Origin: an uncultured Oscillospiraceae bacterium
GTDB taxonomy: Bacteria; Bacillota; Clostridia; Oscillospirales; Ruminococcaceae
Reading direction: 5' to 3'
DNA length: 64,000 nt
Assembly: GCA_964368815.1 (NCBI GenBank)
Contig: CAYJDA010000001.1
Location: 134,811-198,810, forward strand
In this document: positions 57,076-64,000 of the stretch, piece after piece
How positions within the stretch are numbered: the stretch's first letter is position 1
Layout: each line of letters begins with the position of its first letter
Made by a program: the position numbers and the translations under genes
The notes under the pieces: model-generated
Database searches by the model: none
Told to the model about the DNA's origin: nothing
Seen by the model: the letters and a program-made list of their open reading frames with translations, nothing else

Positions 57076-58731
57076 CTATTCCAGTATCGCACCCGATGCC
57101 GCACTGCTTACTAACTTTGCATAGCGTGAAAGTACTCCTGTTTTTATCTTTGGTGGTAACAATTCCGTTACCTTTTGTCGTGCCGCAAACTCCTCGTCAG
57201 ATATTTCAAGGGTTATCACCCCTGCCGGAATGTCGATATAGATAGTATCACCATCGTTGACATATGCAATAGGACCGCCTGAGGCCGCTTCAGGTGAAAT
57301 ATGTCCAAGAGCCGCTCCTCTTGTTGCCCCTGAAAAACGTCCATCAGTTATCAATGTTACCGAGCTGTCTAAGCCCATTCCTGCAAGTGTAGCCGTCGGT
57401 GAGAGCATCTCCCTCATTCCGGGGCCTCCTTTCGGGCCTTCGTAACGAATTACAACACAGTCTCCGGGCTTAATTGCGCCCATTTTTATTTCTGCTATAG
57501 CCTCTTCTTCACTGTTGAATACCCTTGCATTTCCGCGAGTAACCATCATGTTTTCAGCTACCGCACTGCGTTTCACAACGCAGCCATCAGGCGCAAGATT
57601 ACCTTTTAATACCGCAATACCTCCTGTTTTACTGTATGGGTTTTCCACCGTGCGGATAAACTCGGTATCATTAATATCATCAAACACCAAAGCTTTAACG
57701 CTTTTTCCGCTAACTGTCAAACAGTCACCATCAAGTAGGTTTGCATTAAGTAATCTGTACATAACTGCAGGGATTCCTCCGGCAGCATGGAGATCTTCAA
57801 TAAAGTGATACCCGGCCGGTGCTAACCGACATAGGTTAGGTGTGTTATCACTTATTTCGTTTGCAAGTGAAAGCTCTAACTTTACTCCGGCCTCATGTGC
57901 AATCGCCGGAAGGTGTAACATGGAGTTTGTAGAACATCCTAATGCCATATCCACTGTTAATCCGTTTCGAAAAGCCTGTTCGGTTAAAATATCGCGAGGG
58001 CATATATTTTCGGCCACGAGAGCTACGGCACGACGACCCGTCTCTCGGGCCAAAATAAGTCGATCCGAATAAACGGCCGGAATTGTTCCGTTAAACGGAA
58101 GTGCCAACCCAAGAGCTTCAGAAAGGCAGTTCATAGAGTTTGCAGTAAACATTCCGCTACACGACCCAACACTTGGGCAGGCAGTACATTCTATTTCGGT
58201 TAGCTGTTCTTTAGTAGCTTTTCCTGCTATTTCCTTGCCAACAACCTCAAAAACGTCGGTTAAAGATAGTCTCATATCCCCTGTTTTTCCGGCAAGCATT
58301 GCACCTCCGGATACTATAATAGAAGGTATATTTAGCCTTGCCGCCGCCATCATCATTCCGGGAACAACCTTATCACAGTTAGGAATAAGAACCAGCCCGT
58401 CAAATCTGTGAGCCTCGGCAAGAGTTTCGATGCTGTCAGCAATAAGTTCTCTTGAAACCAAGGAGTAATGCATACCTTTGTGCCCCATCGCTATACCGTC
58501 GCATACGGCTATTGCCGGCACTTCTATAGGCAGCCCGCCTGCTTCCAATACGCCTTCACGAGCCGCCTTTGCAATGGTATCAAGATGAAGATGGCCCGGA
58601 ACCACCTCACTTTGAGAGTTAACTATGCCTATTATGGGTCGTTCAAGGTCTTTTTTACTTAGCCCTAATGCTTTAAAAAGGCTACGTTGCGGTGCTCGTT
58701 GATCACCTGTTTTAACAGAATCACTTCTCAT
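57076..58731 (-). CDS. ilvD: Dihydroxy-acid dehydratase
   Basis: [57 protein letters not shown]. Start placed at MRSD (58731), typical of IlvD. Confidence 0.95.
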   Translation of the reverse strand: MRSDSVKTGDQRAPQRSLFKALGLSKKDLERPIIGIVNSQSEVVPGHLHLDTIAKAAREGVLEAGGLPIEVPAIAVCDGIAMGHKGMHYSLVSRELIADSIETLAEAHRFDGLVLIPNCDKVVPGMMMAAARLNIPSIIVSGGAMLAGKTGDMRLSLTDVFEVVGKEIAGKATKEQLTEIECTACPSVGSCSGMFTANSMNCLSEALGLALPFNGTIPAVYSDRLILARETGRRAVALVAENICPRDILTEQAFRNGLTVDMALGCSTNSMLHLPAIAHEAGVKLELSLANEISDNTPNLCRLAPAGYHFIEDLHAAGGIPAVMYRLLNANLLDGDCLTVSGKSVKALVFDDINDTEFIRTVENPYSKTGGIAVLKGNLAPDGCVVKRSAVAENMMVTRGNARVFNSEEEAIAEIKMGAIKPGDCVVIRYEGPKGGPGMREMLSPTATLAGMGLDSSVTLITDGRFSGATRGAALGHISPEAASGGPIAYVNDGDTIYIDIPAGVITLEISDEEFAARQKVTELLPPKIKTGVLSRYAKLVSSAASGAILE

Positions 58732-59233
58732 CTTTAAAACCCTCTCCTCGTGGTAGTGCTGATACACCACTTCTTACAACCTGAAGAATTTTAAAAGGCT
58801 TCATTAATTCAATAAATGCATCAACCTTGCCGCTATCTCCTGTAAGTTCAAACATCAAGGAGTGTTCAGAAACATCAATAACCTTTGCTCTGAAAATTGA
58901 ACCGGTTGAAATAACCTCATGTCGTCTGCTAATATCACAACAAATTTTAATTAATACATATTCCCTAATAACAGCATTATCAGTACTCAGGAATACTACA
59001 TTTCTGACATCTTCCTGCTTTGCTAACTGTTTTTCAATCTGCTCTACTACCGACGGCTCCCCTGTAACCGAAATGGTCATACGGGAAACGTTAATATGTT
59101 CGGTAGCCGCTACAGTAAGGCTATCGATATTGTAATCACGTCTTGTAAATAAACCGGAAATCCTCGACAAAACTCCGGGATGATTATCTACCAGTGCAGA
59201 CAGCACATAGCTCTTTTCCATATTTTCCTCCAC
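58721..59233 (-). CDS. ilvN: Acetolactate synthase small (regulatory) subunit
   Basis: ACT domain [31 protein letters not shown]. 170 aa. Confidence 0.9.
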   Translation of the reverse strand: MEENMEKSYVLSALVDNHPGVLSRISGLFTRRDYNIDSLTVAATEHINVSRMTISVTGEPSVVEQIEKQLAKQEDVRNVVFLSTDNAVIREYVLIKICCDISRRHEVISTGSIFRAKVIDVSEHSLMFELTGDSGKVDAFIELMKPFKILQVVRSGVSALPRGEGFKDEK

Positions 59234-59239
59234 TAATTA

Positions 59240-60919
59240 TTAGTTGTCAATTCGATAGATCTGTTCATCAAAACTCTTACCCGGAGTAACCATCGGCAAA
59301 ACGTTTACATCCATGTCGATAGTTACATCCACAACAACCGGCCCGGTCTCCTTGATAGCGCTACATAGGGTTGGCATAACCTCATCATGGTTTTCAACCT
59401 TGTAGCCCTTTGCGCCGAACGCCTCGGCAAGCTTCACAAAATCGGTCTGTCTATCAAGAGTTGTTGCGCTATACCGCTGATTAAACATGGCTTTTTGCCA
59501 CTGCCTAACCATGCCTAAAACTCCGTTATTCATGATAACGATAACTATATTACAGTTATGTTTAACCGCAGTTGCAAGTTCATTTAAGTTCATGCCAAAG
59601 CTGCCATCTCCTGTAAAAAGAACAGTTTGTTTATCCGGTTTGGCAAAGTTGCATCCTATAGCAGCGCCAAGTCCGAAACCCATTGTTCCGAGACCTCCAC
59701 TTGAGATGAATGTTCTCGGTTTTTTTATGGGGTATTTTTGCGCCGTCCAAATTTGATGCTGTCCCACATCAGTAACTATAATATCATCATCATTTAAAAG
59801 ACGGCTTACGCAGTCAATAACATATTGAGGGGAACACAGTAGGTTTTCACCCTCTTCTTTGCTGTTCTTTTTCTTCCAGATTGCCAACTGCTCCAGCCAT
59901 CCATCGCGTGAGCGGAACGGCACTGTTTCACACAATTTCTTTAACGCCACCTTTACATCAGCCTCAACGGAAGCCGCAGTTTCAATATTTTTGTTTATTT
60001 CGCTACGATCTAAATCAATATGAATAACCTTAGCATTTCTTGCAAAGGTTTTTGAGTTACAGATAACACGGTCAGAAAATCTTGCACCTATCGCAATTAG
60101 TAGATCGCTTGCAAGTACAGCCTGCGAAGATGTTTTACTGCCATGCATTCCAAGCATCCCGGTATACTCCGGCGCATCTGCCGGGTAAGAGCCTATTCCC
60201 ATTAATGAAAGTGACACAGGCGCGTTTATACGTTTTGCAAAATCCATAAGTTCTTGCGATGCCTCTGCTGAGATAACGCCACCACCTGCAAAAATAACAG
60301 GGCGCTCGGATTGCTTTATCATTTCGGTAGCCGTAGCTATCTGTGCTTCAAAATCGTCTCCTATAAAAGGTTTGATAACCTCCGGAGTTTGCGGAGTAAA
60401 CTCCGTTGTAGCTGCAAAAACATCCTTTAGCACATCGATAAGCACCGGCCCTTTACGTCCGCTTGTTGCTATTTTAAATGCTTTTCTCATAACCTCAGCA
60501 AGGTCATTAATATCCTTAACAACAAAGTTATGCTTTGTTATAGGCATGGTGACCCCAAATATATCAATTTCCTGAAACGTATCCTTTCCAAGCTGTGGAC
60601 GAGTAACATTTCCGGTTATTGCAACCATCGGTATGGAATCCATAAATGCGGTTGCTATTCCGGTAACCAGATTGGTAGCTCCGGGGCCGGAGGTAGCAAT
60701 GCAAACACCTACCTTGCCGCTGGAGCGTGAGTACCCATCTGCGGCATGAGAAGCCCCCTGCTCATGTGCTGTTAACACATGCTTTATTTTCCCCTCGTAT
60801 CCGTAAAGAGCATCGTATAGTGTAATAACATTTCCGCCCGGATATCCGAAAACGGTATCTATCGAATTTTCCAGAAGACATTCACAAACTATCTGTGCTC
60901 CTGTTAATTTAGCCATCAT
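59240..60919 (-). CDS. ilvB: Acetolactate synthase large (catalytic) subunit, ThDP-dependent
   Basis: GAQIVCECL...VFGYPGG, GPGATNLVTGIA, and the ThDP motif GDGSFGMNLNELATA...NNG. Confidence 0.95.
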   Translation of the reverse strand: MMAKLTGAQIVCECLLENSIDTVFGYPGGNVITLYDALYGYEGKIKHVLTAHEQGASHAADGYSRSSGKVGVCIATSGPGATNLVTGIATAFMDSIPMVAITGNVTRPQLGKDTFQEIDIFGVTMPITKHNFVVKDINDLAEVMRKAFKIATSGRKGPVLIDVLKDVFAATTEFTPQTPEVIKPFIGDDFEAQIATATEMIKQSERPVIFAGGGVISAEASQELMDFAKRINAPVSLSLMGIGSYPADAPEYTGMLGMHGSKTSSQAVLASDLLIAIGARFSDRVICNSKTFARNAKVIHIDLDRSEINKNIETAASVEADVKVALKKLCETVPFRSRDGWLEQLAIWKKKNSKEEGENLLCSPQYVIDCVSRLLNDDDIIVTDVGQHQIWTAQKYPIKKPRTFISSGGLGTMGFGLGAAIGCNFAKPDKQTVLFTGDGSFGMNLNELATAVKHNCNIVIVIMNNGVLGMVRQWQKAMFNQRYSATTLDRQTDFVKLAEAFGAKGYKVENHDEVMPTLCSAIKETGPVVVDVTIDMDVNVLPMVTPGKSFDEQIYRIDN

Positions 60920-60963
60920 TTTCTCCTTCGCCCATCTATATTGATTAGTTTATAATTAGAATA

Positions 60964-60992
60964 AGAATACCATATTAATGCCTTAGGTTCAA
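60964..60992 (-). promoter_or_regulatory. Possible promoter (TTGAAC-17-TATTCT) for the ilv-leu operon
   Basis: The minus strand reads TTGAAC (plus 60987-60992), a 17-nt spacer, then TATTCT (plus 60964-60969). The -10 is weak. Confidence 0.3.
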
Positions 60993-61024
60993 GTGTTTTA
61001 CAAATAAATCGTAAAATAAATGTA

Positions 61025-62629
61025 TTATTTCACCATTTTCACAAACAGTTTTTCGTCAATAACACTAATAGAACCATCAGAAGGATAGGTAGGCATCTCT
61101 TCTATTTTTGCGGCATGTAGAAGGTAGTCCGGGTTTGTTTTGTCGATGGGCATATAGCTAAGTCCAAGTTCAAGAAGAATGTATTGCCTTCTTGAATATA
61201 TGCTTTTATCGGTATTGCTACCTGTATAACTAAAAGGTACTGTTTCCCATGGATTAATTAACACCCCATTAAAATGGTCACCTAAAATATAAATCGGTAT
61301 ATCCTCATAATAGCCTTGTGCCGATTGAATTCTGGTAAATAAACTACTGTAATAGTTTTCTATCTGAGTATTGCTATAATGAAGCTTTAAAAAACTTCCA
61401 TTTGCAACGTATGAATAGTTAATTGCTCCAACTGCTATTACAATAGACATTAAAATTGAAAGATTATGATTATTAAAAATGCTGTATCCTAATCGCTTTA
61501 TGTCGAACTCTGACCTCTCTACTAAAACAACACATAGATAAAATATTGAAATAATAGGAAGCTGCATAAGTGTGTGGACAGTGCCGTTGGGCACCATAAT
61601 AACAATAAAATTAATCGCAACTGGAAACATCACCAACAAAGCTACCAGCAACAATAATTTTACTGGATTTATCTTTTGCTTTAATAAATCCAGTATTTTT
61701 ATTATTAAAAGCACCAGTATGGTTATAAATACAACAAGATATACAAGCCTCATAATCATAGTTATGCTTAGATTGTTAACATCAACAAATGGAAGTAGGA
61801 ATACCTCGGAATAAATCTGAACAAGCTGTTTTGGAATGAGAGTAATGTCTACTGTTCCCATGGTGTTAGCACCTTGATAGCTCGAAAGGGTCGTTCCTGT
61901 TAAATTTAAAATAAAGTTAAGGGCAGCTAAGTACGCAATGTAACCGCCAACTATCGATACAACATACATGATTCCATTTATTATTACATCATAAGCCTTG
62001 CTATCTTTATCAAGGCAGATAATAATTAGCAAAAGAATATATAGTGAAATTGCTAAGGGTATATACGCCTGGTAAGATCCGAGTGAACATGCAAACAGCG
62101 GTATTGCCGGTATTATTCCAAGCCATTTAAATCGATAAACAAAATAAACTCCAAGAACAGCAAAAAAAACACCAACAAGGTAAATTGCTGTAAAACTATA
62201 AATAACATGGCTTGCTACCGCAGGAAACGCAACCATAATAGCTGATAAGGCTGCTATCAATGGTAAACTTCTTATTTTTAACATCTTCACAATTAAACAG
62301 CTTGATAGCGCAAGAGAAATTATTGCGATAGTTATAAGAAATACTGGTATATTATAGCTATCCCCAACAGCGCGCTCTGCTACCCCGTCTATTACCCACA
62401 AAAACCATCTTCCGATAGAAAGTGTACTTCCTACCCCTGATGGCATATTTATGAGATTATCCTGGCTATGCAGATTATTAGTAATAAAGTATAGGTATGA
62501 AAAAATACCGAAAATAACCGAAGTTAATATCGATACCCTAAAACGCTTATCATTATATTGATTTACACACCAACATTTTAGGCATTCAATCAGCTTAACC
62601 GAAGGTGGCATTCTATCATCGTTTATCAT
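61025..62629 (-). CDS. Polytopic membrane protein, possibly a GT-C-type (Glucos_trans_II-like) glycosyltransferase
   Basis: About 12-13 hydrophobic helices. The first loop, SQDNLINMPSGVGSTLSIGRWFLW, resembles the Asp-containing extracytoplasmic loop of GT-C enzymes, and there is a soluble C-terminal ~120 aa. The family call is tentative. Confidence 0.4.
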   Translation of the reverse strand: MINDDRMPPSVKLIECLKCWCVNQYNDKRFRVSILTSVIFGIFSYLYFITNNLHSQDNLINMPSGVGSTLSIGRWFLWVIDGVAERAVGDSYNIPVFLITIAIISLALSSCLIVKMLKIRSLPLIAALSAIMVAFPAVASHVIYSFTAIYLVGVFFAVLGVYFVYRFKWLGIIPAIPLFACSLGSYQAYIPLAISLYILLLIIICLDKDSKAYDVIINGIMYVVSIVGGYIAYLAALNFILNLTGTTLSSYQGANTMGTVDITLIPKQLVQIYSEVFLLPFVDVNNLSITMIMRLVYLVVFITILVLLIIKILDLLKQKINPVKLLLLVALLVMFPVAINFIVIMVPNGTVHTLMQLPIISIFYLCVVLVERSEFDIKRLGYSIFNNHNLSILMSIVIAVGAINYSYVANGSFLKLHYSNTQIENYYSSLFTRIQSAQGYYEDIPIYILGDHFNGVLINPWETVPFSYTGSNTDKSIYSRRQYILLELGLSYMPIDKTNPDYLLHAAKIEEMPTYPSDGSISVIDEKLFVKMVK

Positions 62630-62682
62630 AGCTACTCCACAGTCTTATTTTTTGTTTAGTATAGCATAAAATTGACCAATAA

Positions 62683-63513
62683 TCAATAATATGGTCCACC
62701 TAATATTGCATCTTTGCACCTTTCACATTTATCGTCACTACAATGAGTAATAAAAGGATTTTTCTTTATTTCGTTTGTACATATTTTAACAAGGTCTTTT
62801 GCTTTATAGCATCGCCACAAACTGTTTCCTACAACAACGCTTTTTTCAATAGCTTGCAGAGAATCATTAAATTTATTAAATCCCTCGGAGCAACTTCCGC
62901 AATTAGCAGCTATAGTTTCGCCATTTGAATTTTTTGCCCATCTAATAAACAATGTTCTTCCTGCAAGTTCCTCTGCAAAATGAATTGCTGTTGCAGACGT
63001 TAAATTTACTCCCATTAAAAGAATATAACCATCTAAGTCACACAAGGCTTTAAACGGAGCATAAACATCATGTGGAGTTTGTTTTTCTATTAGTTTACTT
63101 GCATTTTTTCCGATTGCTGCAAAGGAGTTAAGTGGGTGATTGCTTCGCATACTCTCATCACATTTTAAAACATACTCGCTAAAAACACCCATATATTCAG
63201 TAGAAATACTTTTGCTTTGGATTGAAAAGATTTCTTTGTTGCGATAATCAGCATTTAATAAATGAGAATAATCACCGGTACCGTTTTGTTTAGGCATATA
63301 CTTTTCTATGGGTCTCACCTGGTTAAAATATGAAAATGTCGGCACTAAAACCGTACAGCAATTTTCTAAAAAAGCATCTGCAAGCATCTTAGGCAATTCC
63401 CTTGAGCTTATCCCAAAAGATCTCATTGAAGAATGCACGCAAATTGATTCTTCTTTTAAAGAAAGATTCAATATTGCTTGTTCAATTTCACAAACAATTG
63501 CACTTTTTTCCAT
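62683..63513 (-). CDS. AAC(3)-family (YokD-like) N-acetyltransferase with a Cys-rich C-terminus
   Basis: ICVHSSMRSFG, VLVPTFS, RSNHPLNSFAAIG and LLMGVNLTSATAIHFAEE parallel the YokD/AAC(3) motifs (VHSS.., RSNHP..SF.A.G, LLLG....T..HLAE). Additional CGSCSEG and HCSDDKCERCKD. Confidence 0.7.
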   Translation of the reverse strand: MEKSAIVCEIEQAILNLSLKEESICVHSSMRSFGISSRELPKMLADAFLENCCTVLVPTFSYFNQVRPIEKYMPKQNGTGDYSHLLNADYRNKEIFSIQSKSISTEYMGVFSEYVLKCDESMRSNHPLNSFAAIGKNASKLIEKQTPHDVYAPFKALCDLDGYILLMGVNLTSATAIHFAEELAGRTLFIRWAKNSNGETIAANCGSCSEGFNKFNDSLQAIEKSVVVGNSLWRCYKAKDLVKICTNEIKKNPFITHCSDDKCERCKDAILGGPYY

Positions 63514-63777
63514 ACCTAACCTCCTTATTCATAAATATGTAACTATCATTTACCAAGAAATTCATTTAGTGCTCTTTACTAACTTTCATCTTTTTCAACA
63601 CTCGGTTTTTTTGTTCCGCTGTAATATTGTACCATAATCAAAAAGATAGTTTCAACAACAATATATTTTTATCTGTGAATAGCTATTTATCGAATTATTA
63701 ATGTCTTGTATATTGAATTAATTCACATGTTTCAATAACAAAGCATAAGATAGTTCATGAAACTATAGGAGGTTGTT

Positions 63778-64000
63778 ATGTCGACATTGGATTTTTTTCT
63801 CGGTGCAGGCTCACCGGGCGGTTTTGCAGGGTACTTCTCATCTTTGTGTGATGTTAACTCCGATATAACCACAACACTTATAAAAGCAGGGCCTGGGTGT
63901 GGTAAATCAAGTTTGATGAAGCAACTTGCAAACCATCTTAACGATTCGGGTGAAACGGTTGAGTGTATACACTGTAGCTCAGACCCAAGTTCGCTGGACG
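63778..64000 (+). CDS. P-loop NTPase, N-terminal fragment (continues beyond the window end)
   Basis: My own reading: AGGAGG at 63767-63772, then the ATG at 63778 gives MSTLDFFLGAGSPGGFAGYFSS...IKAGPGCGKSSLMKQLANHL (Walker A GPGCGKSS). Confidence 0.6.
   Translation, partial: MSTLDFFLGAGSPGGFAGYFSSLCDVNSDITTTLIKAGPGCGKSSLMKQLANHLNDSGETVECIHCSSDPSSLD

Noticed and set aside
1-64000. Window-wide scan for tRNA/rRNA genes, CRISPR arrays, transposases/integrases, prophage genes and known defence-system genes.
   Set aside because: None was recognised. No spaced direct repeats, no DDE, tyrosine or serine recombinase motifs and no restriction/Cas/Abi-like proteins occur among the translated ORFs. The only repeats are the in-frame EP repeat and the palindrome cluster.

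Overview
The window looks like a chromosomal segment from a low-to-moderate GC Gram-positive bacterium, probably Firmicutes/Clostridia. That assignment is inferred from lipobox lipoproteins, sigmaA-type promoters, and Bacillus/Staphylococcus-like gene neighbourhoods (asp23-fakA-recG; yicC-remA-gmk-priA-def-fmt). It is densely coding, with about 54 CDS. I found no rRNA, tRNA, CRISPR array, transposase, integrase or phage gene.

Most of it is core metabolism:
- a near-complete shikimate operon (aroF-tyrA-aroB-aroA-aroC-aroE::aroK), with aroQ on the opposite strand
- hom-thrB-lysC downstream of rny and pduL
- an ilvB-ilvN-ilvD-leuA-cimA-leuC-leuD-leuB operon
- pfkA, thrS and a uracil/xanthine permease

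The poorly understood or unusual parts are:
1. A split double-ATPase 'activase' plus dehydratase-like pair of the BcrAD/BadFG-HgdB superfamily (8.5-12.7 kb).
2. A GldA/GldF/GldG-like ABC-2 exporter with a DUF4340 partner. It is followed by an MM3350/pRiA4b-ORF3-like protein and an orphan family-5 solute-binding lipoprotein that is translationally coupled to asp23-fakA-recG (13-20.3 kb).
3. Three tandem DUF3048 (YerB-like) lipoprotein paralogues, the third degenerate at family-conserved positions (24.4-28 kb).
4. An ORF-free unit running from a promoter to a terminator, containing five perfect palindromes bounded by 14-bp perfect inverted repeats (37.22-37.47 kb). It could be a structured sRNA or a MITE.
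5. A more AT-rich tail (61-64 kb) encoding a polytopic GT-C-like membrane protein, an AAC(3)-family acetyltransferase and a P-loop ATPase.

All family assignments come from motif recognition by eye in the supplied translations. No database search was run. Nothing here is a clear-cut novel system; these five regions are the best candidates.
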